The notes under the pieces: generated by a model
Databases searched by the model: none
Told to the model about the DNA's origin: nothing
What the model saw: only the letters and a program-made list of their open reading frames with translations
Shown: piece after piece, positions 26,663 through 41,382 of the stretch
Numbering within the stretch: position 1 is the stretch's first letter
How the letters are laid out: every line of letters begins with the position of its first letter
Position numbers and translations under genes: made by a program
NCBI GenBank assembly: GCA_000320545.1
Contig: ADNK01002544.1
Location: 1-64,000, forward strand
Source of the DNA: Bigelowiella natans CCMP2755
Taxonomy: Eukaryota > Protista > Cercozoa
Direction: 5' to 3'
Length of the DNA stretch: 64,000 bases

Positions 26663-28932
26663 CTATTCATTTATATATTTGTGCGTGTGCATGTGCGTGT
26701 GTTTGGTTTTGTGGTTATTTTGGTGCTACTACTATGTCAGGAATAACGATGAGTTCTTCGTATGCGACTCTGGCAATTCTGTCATTCGAAAGCTCAACCT
26801 CAAGACAAAAGTGATATATTTGCGCATCAAACTAAATTCCTCTACTTCATCCTCTAAAACCCAATAATCTAACGTATTATTTCTTGTTTCTTCTTTGTTT
26901 TGTTTTTCGAAACGTTAGGAAGTCAGCACTTACTTCGGTATACCTGACTCAGTTGATAAGATGCATATCATAGCTATGAAGGTAGGGCAACTTAACATCT
27001 TACCTCGTCCTTATCGTCAAAACAATTCTTTTACTCAATATGATTTGCATCGTTCTTCTCGTAATCCCCCCCCTTCCCCCTCCCCCCAAAGAGAGAGAAG
27101 GGGGGGAGTGGCGGATAGTTCTCTTACACAACGGTGGTATTTCGTCGCATTGTTGTCCTGCTTGATAATGATTGACGATTCTAATTCGTGTTGTTGGTTG
27201 GTGGTTATAAGGGTTATTTGACGGCAGAGGATCAACGGTATCTTGGATTTGATAAGGAAGAAGAAGGAGGAGGAAGAGGAGGGTAATCTCAGATGATGCT
27301 TGGCCACGCATAAAGGAACTAATTCACTCGTCCATTCTTGTACTTTATGGCATGTGTTAATAATAGTTATAATAATAATCATCAACAATGCGTAAATTAG
27401 ATATAGAAGTGTAGCTCTCTAATTACAATAACACCGATGTGTGTGCTGCTAATTCCCTTTTTTTGGTTAATTCACAAGAAGATTATACTCTATGGAAAAG
27501 ATACAAGATTTTGGTAGTAGATATTGGTGTTAAACTAATCCATCAAATTCGATATTAAGATAGCTTAGTAGTCATACTTATTTTCTTCATGATCATATAC
27601 TTCGCATAATTATCAATTCCACATCACAGAAGATGTCCAGAGGGAATTTAACATCACACAGCAGTTGATAGCTCAAAAGCCAAAAGAAATGCTATTTCAC
27701 CCTGACGGTTAACTGCCTTCCTAACATTTCTTTGTAGTCAATTATTCAAATTTGCAATCCCTTTAGTGATTGTTTGTGTGTACTGCTCTTGATGGCAAGC
27801 AACTTGATTTGATGATGATGGTTCTGATTTCGCACAACACTCCTCTTTCCTCCTCCTCCTCCTCTTCCTCTTCCTCCTCCTCCTTGCAGGTGTTGCTTAT
27901 GGCTCTCACGATGGTTGGCTATACGTCAGTGACACATTGCACAACAGAATCGTCAAGGTGATAGAAATATTAGTTTGGCAAAGTAGAAGTAGCACAAGTT
28001 TGATCTCCAAGTATGTGCATGAATATACTATATCTTCTTATTGTTAATAACATTACAGCTCTGATAGTATTCTCCATCACAACAACAATCATATCTCTAT
28101 TTGAATAATTATATCTTAGATCAAGCCCCACAACGATGACGATCTCGATTATGGCTCGCATCTATACGATGTCGCAGGTTTTACCACCACATGCGGTGAT
28201 GTTGTTGTTGTTGTTGTTGTTGTCGTATTTGTGGGTGAATTTGAACCTCATCGTGTAACTGCATGGTTCCTTTAACGTTATAGTTATCGTAATAGCCATG
28301 TATGTTCTTTTACCGTGTCTGTATTTACCCTACTTAGGAGGATTGCTTGAAGGCACTAACGACGGTCCATCCAGTATAGCCAGGCAATACTGTGTGTGTG
28401 TGTGTGTCCTTATGTTGTTAATCGAAGAGAAGGAGCATGTTTGTTGTAAATAATAGTTGATTAGTAAGTATTTCAATATGAGCTAAGAAAATCCAACCGC
28501 CTCCTAATAATATATAAAGATGCTAACTTTAAGGCCTACTACTTCACTATCACTCTCTTCTACAACAAACAACAGGTTTCACTTTCCTCACGGAATTGCA
28601 TTCGGACCTAGGTATTCATTCTTTTCCCTCGTTGTTTTCCATCTTAACAACTTAAATTTTGCAATATCATCATCATCACTCATTTTAATACTACTACTAC
28701 TACTACTACTACTACTTGCATAATGGCAGCTACCCGAATGCTCCTAAAGATGAGGTCATATCGTCATTTCAATAAGGCAAAAGCAGATACGTAAAGCGTC
28801 TTATCACGATTTTTTGGGTGCATGATTACAAATACTGCCAGGTGTCATTGTACATATGCGACACGATGAATGATAAGATCCGCAAGTTAGATCTTAAAAA
28901 CGGCATCGTCACATCGGTAAGTATGATCTTTC

Positions 28933-28969
<37 letters not shown>

Positions 28970-29362
28970 CTACTTTTCAATTTAAAGTAACAGTATATAT
29001 AAAACATACTCATGTGTATGTAATATACAAAAACTACATATGTTTTAGATAACACAACCGACAGCTCCTGAGCAAATGATACACTCCTATAGCCTTAAGA
29101 ACAAACCAGGTGGTATTATTATGGTGCCAACACTTGCGACGATATCAGCAACAATAAGGAATTAGTAACATTGAGCAATTTTGTAGTTTTTGCTTTTATA
29201 GATGGTTCTTACATGATAATATTTGGGTATCATTTAGATTAAAATATAATTTTAATAATTATTTTCAATTCAGATGCATATAATAGTACACATACTCACA
29301 TTAGCTTCACATGAATGTGTGTGATATACACGTCCTTTGTGCGTGTGTATCTATATGCGTGC

Positions 29363-29407
<45 letters not shown>

Positions 29408-30276
29408 TAATGTTTGATTATGCAATATGGTTTGATGAATCTTCTCAGTTAGCAATATTTTGAGTGTTGCGGTTGATCCCGTATCTGCAAGGGTCTACTT
29501 CTCCAGAGAGCATTTTATGGTAAAAGCAGTTGTAGCAATAGCAATAGTAATAGTAGTAGTAGTAGTACTACGTCAATACCAGCAATATCAACAAACAGCA
29601 GCAGCAGCAAAACAGATATGCGAATAAAACGATTACGCGCGCGCACACTCACGCACACAAAGAGAGAGAGAGAGAGCGAGAGAGAGAGAGACGGTTGATA
29701 TTATATTATTCTACATCAGCAGCTGATGTGTGATTTAGTTATTCATATAGACAGTCTTAATACACTGCATTTGAGCTGTTTCTGACTTTGTGTCTGTCGC
29801 GTATTGGTGTTGATATCTATCATCTGTTTGAATTGTTTCTAATATTAATACACTACTACATTCTTTAAAGGCTCTTTATTCCGTTTGTCATGATGGTAAC
29901 AATCTGAACATAATTGCTGGAAATCAAGAGGTGTGAGCACTGTCTTGCATCAGTGTGATGCCATTTTCAGTGTAAATTGAATAATAACATTTGTGTGTGA
30001 TTTGTGTTTTCTATGGTATTGCAAGTAGGGCATGATGTATTGATATGTGTGTATAATGGTATAATAACGATGATGATGATGATGACAATGATGACAATGT
30101 TTAGGTTGGGGGAAATGAAGTAGGAGAGAGTAATGAAGCGATGTTTACTTCTCCTTGGTATTATCTTGCCCAATAACTACAAAAACATTAGTTACATATT
30201 TCATCAAAATGCATCTTGATTTATCTTAACATCGATGTGATTTCACGTTCATGCACACACACACACACATAATAAC

Positions 30277-30316
<40 letters not shown>

Positions 30317-30588
30317 TTGCTGTATTGCTATGTATATTTACCAAAGGATTTGTACACAGTTGATGAGTTTAAAATGTAGTTGTTAGAGGAATATTTAACG
30401 AAGGCTGAATTGTGAGTCTTTGTATTGTCGTTCTTTGACGTGTATTTTGTGTTATATGCGTATATTAGTGGGATTGCATTAAATACAAGGCAGCATTCAT
30501 TGTTTATCTGTGACGGGGGAAATCAAGACTTAAAGGTTATCAAATCATGCGCGTGTGTATCTTTATTTTTCTCGATCTTTTTCCTCCT

Positions 30589-30656
<68 letters not shown>

Positions 30657-30670
30657 GCTTACTAACTCAA

Positions 30671-30707
<37 letters not shown>

Positions 30708-31310
30708 ATTGATATATTTAAGTATATATGTATATAAAACAAGAATGAAGAACATGATGTGTATGTATACTTGTTTATACCCAGGTTTTGAGGCTGCATA
30801 GAAATACAAAGGTATGATTACCAGAACATACCAACAATTTGGTGGTGGTGGGGGTGGTGCTGAGGAGGAGGAGGAGGAGAATGAGATTGATAGTTTTTGC
30901 TTTTTTTTGGTATCAACGATAGGCAAATATTTGGAGTGATTGTAGTCTAATGTGTATTCATATTAAATGTGTTTGCTATACTATATTATATCCAAAAGGA
31001 AATATATCAAGCTGCAGCTTCTGTGGTATCTTCTCCATCCACAGCATTGCATGATAATAATGATGGCAGTGGGGAGGACACCGGTTCTCTCTCAGAAAAT
31101 CAAATGGAAGAAATACATCAGGTAGATAACCACACAAAGATTTTAATCTTAATTATGAGTAACAATAAACTACTTGCAAAATATGATCTTCAATTAAGCA
31201 GCTTTGAATCAATTTGTGATGTTGCTCTGTGTTATGATCAGATGGCTGATATAATGAAGGCAATGCACAACGCAACCATGGACTCTTCCAATGATCTAAA
31301 GCGGCCTTGA
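21642..31310 (+). CDS. NHL-repeat (beta-propeller) protein, multi-exon; N-terminal exons (21.6-25.2 kb) tentatively the same gene
   Basis: Exons encode SKARFHSPYGIAL..LLTDNAAQVIRRI (25880-26030), IVTTLAG, YRDGPFSNALF, FFVCDSGNSVIRKLNL, LYVSDTLHNRIVK, GTNDGPSSIAR-FHFPHGIAFG, LYICDTMNDKIRKLDL and GIAL...LFICDGGN. These are typical NHL repeats. Putative stop at 31308-31310. Confidence 0.75.
21928..22035. repeat. Intronic tandem duplication, 2 x 54 bp
   Basis: AATACTGTGAGTTTGTGTTTTTAAGTTTGCTGCCATTGTGTTCGTGTCCCATCC occurs twice in tandem. Confidence 0.9.
25480..25613. repeat. Intronic tandem duplication of ~60 bp
   Basis: CACTCAACATACTACTCTCTATTGATACACATAGTTGTTGATGGATTAAGAAGAAACACTCAACA occurs twice. 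Confidence 0.85.
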
Positions 31311-32129
31311 AGTAGTTACAACGATGAAGAAGAGGAGGACGATAAAAACAATGAGTATTATAATGTAATGAATTATGAAGAAGAAAACAATGATTATGAT
31401 TATGATGAGATCTCAAACTAATTACAATTTATGATAGCGACCCTTTAAATGATAATGTATTCGAAAGAACCATTTCAATTTAAATTTACATATAAAATGC
31501 CTTGCTCAGTAGATGATAACATGTTTAAGGAGGTTTCACATAATCAATGCAACAATTGCAACAATTGCAATGGATGATCTCTATTCCCCTATACAGACAG
31601 AATCGAATGATCTGTCATCTAATGCTAGTTATAGTTATCTGGAAAACGCATTATGTGAAGAATGATGCCGTATACTTTACATACTAAGTACGTTTGATCA
31701 GTATCTGCACGCAAATCGTATATTTTTGTGAATCTACAGTAAGGCATTATTATCGGCCTCGCTATTTCTCACTACTTAGCTGTTGGCCATGCTTTATACC
31801 GCTTGCGATTTCCGTGCGTTGTGCATGTACTTACACATTTTAACGACTTCAATGTTTTGTCGTACTATTATGAGATCAAATGCATTGCAAAGTTTGACCA
31901 ATTGCGCTAGTACATTGATGTTCGCACGAATGTGATTTGTGGATATTATGCATGGATGGAGTACTAGAGTAAAAGATTCATGAAGCCAGCTGCACATATG
32001 TACGTTGACAATGCAGGAAAAAGAGCTTGCACCGCTGCGCCAAAATAAGCACGATATGACCGACCAAATTGCGCAATGCTTTCACATGCATGCAACACAT
32101 GATACCGGACATAAACAGACACAACTTGA

Positions 32130-32206
32130 GCTCTGTAGCCGCTGCTTTGCATAGCTACATTAGGACGACTATTGGAAAATTTTAAACATTTCATTATACA
32201 TCCCTC
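32130..32206 (+). mobile_element. Solo terminus of the TIR family seen at 3533-3605
   Basis: CTGTAGCCGCTGCTTTGCATAGCTACATTAGGACGACTATTGGAAAATTTTAAACATTTCATTATACATCCCTC aligns to 3534-3605. Confidence 0.8.
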
Positions 32207-32239
32207 TTACACGTTGTTAGCACTCTAATTACTATTTTC

Positions 32240-32370
32240 AGTGCACACATGGGAGGATGATAGACATGTAATATAATACATATATAATATATAATATACA
32301 TAGTATTACTGTGTTTATTATGGGGGTGCATGACAATAGACTCGAGTCTATTGTCATGCATGTGTGCACT
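32240..32370. repeat. Tiny element with 12-bp inverted ends and a perfect 34-bp palindrome (32327-32360)
   Basis: Ends are AGTGCACACATG and CATGTGTGCACT. The internal TGCATGACAATAGACTCGAGTCTATTGTCATGCA is its own reverse complement. Confidence 0.8.
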
Positions 32371-32892
32371 TATTCCAGCCGTCGTTCAAGTCATTATACG
32401 TTAATGTTTATGATGTAAGGAACAAATTGCGCCGCAATTTTCATTGATTCCTTTAGACCACAATGATTCATGTATCATATTTAATACATGTTAATACATG
32501 CTGTGTTTACTGTGTCTATAGCCAACATTTGACTGATGCTAAGTCCAGTACCTATACCTATCTCCATTGTATGCATATTTTCACGTGAAGTTTGGCTTCG
32601 TTTTTTATTGTGGAATCGAGAGGTGATAAAAATAGTAACGCCAAGCACGCTACAACTCATACACGACATCTACTATTTGCGCGAGACAAATAATATATGA
32701 ATAATTACAATTACAATGTTGGACATTCATAAAAAACTGTAAAAATAAAGCAATAAATACTGAGGAGATATGTGAGGAGAAATTCATTTATTGATCTGTC
32801 TTACATATCCAGTACATTGTAATTTATACAATTAGAGTTACTACTTTTTTGCTTTGAACTACTATATGTTGACGATAGTATCTTGATGATCA

Positions 32893-33554
32893 TCATCTCC
32901 TAAATGATCTTGGTTGTCGTCGTATGTGTGAGGCCGATGATGGGATTTCTGCTGAAGTTGACGCATTTCTATCGCACGATCTTTCTTCTCCGTTGTTGCA
33001 GGCATCACCACTAAAGTAGGCCCTCTGTTGTGCTGATATTACATATGAAAATGAATGACAAACAACGAATTATCAGGCGGTGGCCCGACACAACTACACG
33101 CACTCATTAGCAAAAACGATAATCAATCCATCGGCATTTAAGTCTTATTATACGTTTCCGGTGCCAACTGAAGAGATGCGCGCGTCTAGCGGCAATGGCT
33201 CTTTACACATCACGCTCATGTCTTTGAAGTCATACCTAGTAATTGTTATGAACGATTGCTTCTTATAAGAAATCTAGAGATAAATAGAAAGATTGAGAGA
33301 GAGGGAGAGAGAGAGACTCGCTCTTGCATGATCTTATCGTTCGAAGTTTGATAATTAAAACATTAAGATCCTACGCTTTGAATTGCACGGAAGGTGTTGG
33401 CTGGCGGTGCAAACGATTAGCATTGTCAAAATGATGATCCTATATGAGGGGGAGAAAGATGGTATAAAAGAGGTAAAAGACATGAATCCATGCAAAAACT
33501 TTATTAAAGACATACTTATAAATAAACCTTTTTTAAAATTCATGTACGTGAGCA

Positions 33555-33588
<34 letters not shown>

Positions 33589-34566
33589 ATTATGTAAATG
33601 TATGATCAATTAATAATGACACTTCTATATTTTCAGAGACAAATTAAATTCCTTGAGTACCATATAGAATATTATTAAGTTGTCTTCGTTTGAACCGATA
33701 TAATTCTTTTTTGTGCTTAGCATACTTGTTATTGCTTTTATTGTTTCTGTTGTTATTGTTATTGTTGTTGTTGCTGCTGCTGCTGCAAGAAATTGTCTCT
33801 ATATCTTTGAATGGATCATTAGAAATCACCGTGTTTCCACCGCTTTTAAATATTCGATCACTTAAAGGCGATTGATTTCCAGGCTTCATGATGCGGCTCA
33901 TATTCTTCATTCGATACGCTTTATATTGCATGGATGGACTCCTATTCAAAACAAAACACATGGCGCGTATCTTCATATCAATATTTTCTTTATAGGTTGT
34001 GTGGAGTGATGGGCATTAAATGAAAGTGTGTGTACAACTCTGTGGAGAGAATTAGTTGCAATATCTTCAAAATGAAAGAAATTCGAGGTACTACTTGAAA
34101 TGGTTTAGATGGGGATTTCCGCTATTAGCACCGCCTGGCTTATGGTCATCGTCTTGACCACTGTAATGATGTGGAGATACTGCCAACACGCTTGAGAGTT
34201 CAGATGAATGAAGCCTAGCATGACGATTGAAACGACTCTCTTGAATGTTCGAATGCATTGCTGATGCCATTGGAGATGGAGACACCTCTCCTTGAACAAC
34301 TCCCACACTGCATAGTATTGTACACGATATAGCAGCAAAAATGAGAAGAAGAATCAGCATTTGATGAGTATTTATGTGTATGTTCATCGTTCATTTTTGT
34401 CTATCTAAAATATATGGTCAGCATTTTCCCAGCAGCAGCCTATTTCATGGATTAATTGAATGATAATAGCGACACTAGTTCTAATCTTTCTTTATTGATT
34501 GAATGATAATAACGACCCTAGCTCTGATCTTTCTTAGGATAGATACTTAATCATACTCACTGCGCG

Positions 34567-34607
<41 letters not shown>

Positions 34608-37600
34608 TAACATACATGCCAGTAGAGGCACCTGTTATCTGAAGAAGCATGGGACCTCAAATTGCCTCTAATAGGTTGTTGCTGCTGATTACGCATTACT
34701 TGATGACGCTGCTGTTGATGTGATTGGTGCCGCGTTTTACTAGCATGATCCGGGTCAAATATTCCATGGAAGTCACTCAATTTGAGTCCTCGCAGGTGAT
34801 CTGTTCTACGATGTCCTGTACCACATATGGAGTGGCTGCAAGTCCTTGCTATTCCCTCACAACAACAAAGGATGTTTGGAGTGCTGGTAGATGACTGGGC
34901 AAGTGGACCTGTAAAGGAAAAGAAAAAAATGCCACCACCAACAACAATGGTATAAATTGAATGCTTAAGGAAGCAACAGCCTTTTTGCTTAAAGCGGACT
35001 ACAAATATTGAAAAGAATAAACTTTTCAAAATCAATTGTTACCTTGAAAATGATTCTTTTCCTTGGTACCTTTACTGGATTTGGCTTGACCTGCTCGGTG
35101 TCTAGCAGGTCTAAAAGAGCCTCTTGTAATCTGTAAGCCCCCCACGATAACTGGGTTCTCCGAGCCATCCACCGGGACATTTGGATTAGTTGTGGATGTT
35201 CCCTTATTATGGTGAATAAATGTTTAGCAACGTGTACGACTTCTATTATTTGATATATCTGAAACACGTTTTCAACTCTGTTTCTTTTTTTCTTATTCGT
35301 CAGCGTGTCTTTCTCACCGTCTTCACCTTTGAGTCGCCACTATCTTTCATCTCTCGTACAACCTTTGTTATTTCAAAAACATAATATGTTGTTATACCGT
35401 AATATTCTGTGGTACATATACATATATGTTGGCGTGCAAATTCTAGTACTTGAAGATGGTAATTACGATAGCTTGTCTTTTTCTATACTTAAAACATACT
35501 GAATTTGTGCTTTGCGTCGAGAATTTATGTTTGGCGTGATTTTCTTGTAAAACCGCCAGAGCATTAGCTCCCCCAACTGGAAGTTAATGTGAAAATACAA
35601 AAGAAATCAATAAGACGCCATAGGAACAAATGGATTTGAATGAAAGCATTTCAAGTCATGCTTGTCTGGTTATTGATCTATAGATGGAGATGTTACTAGT
35701 AGCAATTAATTTTCACATTGATTTCGTAATAGAATCATACCACTGTTTTTCAGTCTTGTGGGGCGTCTAGACCTTGAGGATGCTTTCCGTTGCATCATCT
35801 CCACAACCTTACTCTTACTGTTCTCATCACTTATCATTTTCATTGCTTGGAATGATGTGAGAGACCCAATCGAATCCTACAGAGAAATGTGGTGTACACA
35901 AGGGTTATGATTATTGTTATCATTATTGGAATATATCGTGAGAGACACACATTTTCCAATCAAAGGTTCAACTACAACATCCCATCCTCAACCACATAAG
36001 AAGACGTGCTTTTTGCCTCACACACTACACTCAGCAAATCCACGCACAATACAATTTGACTACATGAACGGTCAAATCCTTCAAGCTTCGAATCGAAGTC
36101 GATCTGATCAGGTATAATTATTTTTTAACTATAAACAACAACTTCCAAGCTATAACACGACTTTATTTAATTCGTAATGCCGACAGATGCCAACAAATAT
36201 CTATTCCTAACACGTAATAGTGAAAAGGTAATTCTCACCCTGATCCAAATGAACCAGGCAGCAATATGTGCATCTGAAAAGCATAAAGTAGTGTCGGGAC
36301 GGCATTTATGATGCTTAGAGCGGCCATAGATGCCTCCTCAGGATAAACGCAGATCTAATTGGTCATTGTAATTTAAGGAGTTAGATACGAACGAAGAAAT
36401 GATCAATCAACACTGAAATATCGAGAAGAGTAGCTCCAATATGATTTATTTTTATTCCTCTTTAGAGTAGGTTAGTACGCATTCGATATATTATGAATGT
36501 AATAAAGATGAAATGAAAGTGTATATCATGGTAATTTATCTGTCTTTGTACTATGCATTCAAACTACAATACTATTCATCTGTGTTTTGCAATGTACGCA
36601 TAATTTTCGTTGTTTATACCCATATCAGACTGAAAAGGACCCAGAAACAATCATCTCCCAGCTTGAGCAGTGTCAGTTTCAGAGCTCCTCTTGATGGAAG
36701 ATTGATACCACCTTCATAAACCCAAAACACGTATAACTTAATTTAGTTTTCAATCCAAAAAGAGTAGTAAAGAGGAAATCATATATCAGTGTGCTGTGTT
36801 TAGCTTCACTACTATTAGCCAATCTTAAAACTAATATTCAGGACTACGAAACTGCACAAATTCACGCACACAATCGCAAACATCACGCTAAATATACCTC
36901 CAAGAGTAGAATATCTCCATGGAAAGAAAGCTAACGCATCAGGCGTAAACATGCATAGAACTGCACACGTGATCCCCGAAAATGTGAGAATATCCTCGAA
37001 TATGATGTAGCTCCGGGCCAGATTGTGGTACATTATGCTGATGAAACTACCAACAACAATAACAACACGTACACTAAGCCATTCGGCATGTCCCACATTA
37101 TCATAATTACAGCCAGAATTGTCATCATATCATCATCATACGAAACTCCTTCCTATCATTGTTGGCACCTACCCGATCAAATATGTAACCCTTGGAATAA
37201 CGAAACCAAACATGGCGAGGATGAAAAATGCTGGTGACATCTTGTACAAAAGCAAGGCCACAGCCAGGTTGAAAATCGCCCCGATAGCACTCCAAAGAAC
37301 AACAACCATCTCTGCAGACTAGAAATATTATCACGTAAAATTACAAAAATAATTAGAAGTCATCTAATTTCGATAACATTGTTTAACGAATGTTAATCTA
37401 CAACAATACTATTTTGTATTCGTCAAGTATGCTGTTCAGTATACCCCGACGATGTTGTTTGGAAGACTCGCTTTTGCGGCTAGAAGCACGAAAAAAGTAA
37501 TGGCTCCGATGAATAGTCCCGTCAGCAACAATACCAACTCTTCTTCTGTTAGATTCTCATCTTCAACTTGAGAATTTGATCCAAAGTTTCCCGGTTGTAC

Positions 37601-38353
37601 CAACGTAACGCCTTCTACTAATGGAGTTCCATACCTAATAAAAAGGCAAACAACTGATGATGAAGTATTCTTGTAGAGATGAAGTCTGGAGAGCCAAAAC
37701 CAGATGCATAGTAATAATCTAAAAGGTTGAAGAGAAGAAAAACATTTCTGTGTGGATACACTGCTATCGTGTCGTCGCTCTGGTTTTATTCAAACATACA
37801 CAACATCTACCTTTCTTGAGAAAAACCGTTTTCAGAGCTAAAAACCCCCGAGATACTTGCAGGAGTTTGCAATTTCCTTGCGAATTCACTGGCTTTGATC
37901 TGCTGCTGCTCTAGTGATATTGAATGGCTCGTGCCAGCTGCAGAACTATCCTCTTCCCCAACGAAATCTACACTTGCAGCTACTAGAACACTGCCGCATG
38001 CCAACGATAATTCAACGGCTGTATAGGTAAAAGGATGATAATAGTTACTTTTCGAATAGACACCAAAATAGCAGACGACGCTCATGCACATACATCTTGT
38101 GAATATGTGTTTATGCCGTATCTGCTCACTTTAATAACTTCATCACCTTCAATTGGCACAGAGGCACTATTAGCAATAGCTAAAGTAACATTTTCCCTCA
38201 AATTCTGAGCCGATGAGGGTGTGACAAGAACCACGCATGATAAATTAGGGAAGGAAGCTTCGAACGACACGGAAAAACCTGTTGAAAAATATATTTCATC
38301 AGAATGAGAAATAGCAAACCTACAACTAATATCATATGCAAATGAGTGAGAAG

Positions 38354-38393
<40 letters not shown>

Positions 38394-41343
38394 GACAGCT
38401 GTAGGAACAAACATGGTGATGTAATTGTAGAAAGATATATACAAACTCGCGCACAATTATAAACACAATACGTGTATTTGGTATTGAAGCTGCAACTATT
38501 CATTGTTTGAGTATACTACTTGTAACAGCAGCAGCAGTCGGGGAGAATGTGACGGGGGAAATAGTCAAAGGCGAAAGTGTAGTAGTCGCTAATGCAATTA
38601 TAATCAAAACAGGAGTAATTGCGATTGGTAAGAAGAACCAATATCAGTTGCTGGACACACTCTTAATAATATGTAATAATTCTTTGATATTGCCACGTGA
38701 GCCGCAAACGAGGCCTTCCAGTGAATATAAACTCAAATAATTCTCTCTCCTTTTCTCATTACAGAATATGATCATTGCACTGATCATCAGGGCTACAATG
38801 ACAACCAAAATAATGAACGTTATGGACACAAAAGAAACATCGTAACAAGTAAAAACATCATTCATGATTGTACTACTTGGAGAAAGCGAAGGAGAAGTGG
38901 TCAGCGTAATCGTCGGAGATGTTGATGGTGATTTTGTATTTGGAGATGATGTTGGTATTGATTGAGGTGTGATAGTCGGAACATTTGAAGAAGTAGAAGG
39001 AGAGTTTGTAGAAGGTATCGCAGTTGCTGTGGGGCATTCACTTGGAGAGATTGACGGTTCTTGCGTATTTATCTGCGAAGGAGATGTGGAAGATGGCGAC
39101 ATGGAAGGCGTGCAGCTTGGAGTTGAAGATGGATAATTAGATGAAGGAGATGTTGATGGCATTTGGCTGTGTGTTGGACAAGTGGAGGGAGATATCGAAG
39201 GGCTTTGAGTTGCTGTCGGAGTTGTTGTCAATGGGGATATGGATGATGGATGCACAGTTGCTATACTACTTGGACAAAATGATGGGACCTTGATTGTTGG
39301 GCATGTAGATGGTGAACATGAAGGCCTTTCAGTCGCCATTGATGGACAATGTGATGGGCTCGATGAGGGAGAATATGTAAGCGTTGGACATCTAGTAGGT
39401 GTCACTGATGGAACGCTCGAAGGAGATATTGTGGATGGGTTATGCGTGTTGTTGGCGAACATCGAGGGTGACCTCGTTGATGTAGGACAACTTGTGGGAG
39501 ATATCGATGGATTCATTGTTGTCTGCGTTGGTGATAGCGATGGTGATGAGGAAGGATTCTTTGTATCTGTTGGACACCTCGAAGGAGATACCGATGGTAG
39601 TTGCGTTGAAGCACTAGGAGCGGTTGTGGGATTCAATGACGGTGAGACAGTAATTGTAGGACATCGCGTGGGAGATACAGATGGATTTAGTGTTGTTATT
39701 GTTGGGCAACCAGATGGTGATGAGGAAGGATTCCTTGTTGTTGTTGGACATCTCGAAGGTGATACAGACGGTTGTTGCGTAGTCTCAGTAGGAGCTGCGG
39801 TTGGACCAATCGAAGGTGAAACCGTTATCGTAGGACAACGTGTGGGAGATACCGATGGATTAGTTGTTGTTCCTGTAGGCGTTAAAGATGGAGATGAAGA
39901 AGGGTTTCTTGTCATTGTTGGACACCTCGAAGGTGATATAGACGGTTGTTGCGTAGTCTCAGTAGGAGCTGCGGTTGGACAAGCCGAAGGTGAAACCGTT
40001 ATCGTAGGACAACGCGTTGGTGATAGCGATGGTGATGAGGAAGGATTCTTTGTATCTGTTGGACACCTCGAAGGAGATACCGATGGTAGTTGCGTTGAAG
40101 CACTAGGAGCGGTTGTGGGATTCAATGACGGCGAGACAGTAATTGTAGGACATCGCGTGGGAGATACGGATGAATTTAGTGTTGTTATTGTTGGGCAACC
40201 AGATGGTGATGAGGAAGGATTCCTTGTTGTTGTTGGACACCTCGAAGGTGATATAGACGGTTGTTGCGTAGTCTCAGTAGGAGCTGCGGTTGGACCAATC
40301 GAAGGTGAAACCGTTATCGTAGGACAACGCGTTGGTGATAGCGATGGTGATGAGGAAGGATTCTTTGTATCTGTTGGACACCTCGAAGGAGATACCGATG
40401 GTAGTTGCGTTGAAGCACTAGGAGCGATTGTGGGATTCAATGACGGTGAGACAGTAATTGTAGGACATCGCGTGGGAGATACAGATGGATTTAGTGTTGT
40501 TATTGTTGGGCAACCAGATGGTGATGAGGAAGGGTTTCTTGTCATTGTTGGACACCTCGAAGGTGATATAGACGGTTGTTGCGTAGTCTCAGTAGGAGCT
40601 GCGGTTGGACCAATCGAAGGTGAAACTGTTATCGTAGGACAACGCGTGGGAGATAACGATGGATTAGTTGTTGTTCCTGTAGGCGTTAAAGATGGAGATG
40701 AAGAAGGGTTTCTTGTCATTGTTGGACACCTCGAAGGTGATACAGACGGTTGTTGCGTAGTCTCAGTAGGAGCTGCGGTTGGACAAGCCGAAGGTGAAAC
40801 CGTTATTGTAGGACAACGCGTTGGTGATGCTGATGGATTGTGTGTAGATTCCGTAGGACAGACAGACGGAGAAGACGAAGGAGTTTTGGTTATTGTTGGG
40901 CATTTCGAGGGAGACACTGATGGTAGTTGTGTAGAAGCACTAGGAGCTGCAGTAGGACTAACTGATGGTGAAACCGTAGTTGTTGGACAACGTGTAGGCG
41001 ATATGGATGGATCATGAGTCGATTCCGTTGGGCACACAGATGGAGATGATGAGGGGGTCCTTGTTGTTGTTGGACATGCCGAAGGAGACTCTGATGGCAG
41101 TTGCGTTGAAGTACTAGGGGCAGTAGTTGATGGTGAGAGCGTAGTCGTAGGACATCGTGTTGGCGACAGAGATGGATTATGTGTAGATTCCGTGGGACAG
41201 ACAGACGGAGATGATGAAGGATTCCTTGTTGTTGTTGGGCAAGTCGAAGGGACTTTACTTGGAGAATCTAAGTGAATTTGCAGAATATTTAAAGACAAGG
41301 ATAACACTTTTGTGCGAAACTTCTATATATGAAGTTATTAAGA

Positions 41344-41382
<39 letters not shown>

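Noticed and set aside
34091-34387. Independent secreted protein with a signal peptide
   Set aside because: The hydrophobic 'signal' precedes an AG acceptor (~34292) and looks intronic. The remainder fits as a tail exon of the upstream membrane protein, though a separate gene is not excluded.
38644-38875. Single C-terminal TM anchor at the end of ORF 38644-41307
   Set aside because: Probably intron read-through: a GT donor near 38876 and further P/T-rich and TM exons downstream suggest the gene continues. Not certain without transcripts.
39239-41017. 592-aa plus-strand V/G/D/E-rich ORF (also 43317-43844 and 44614-45168)
   Set aside because: Antisense shadow of the P/S/T repeat exons on the minus strand.
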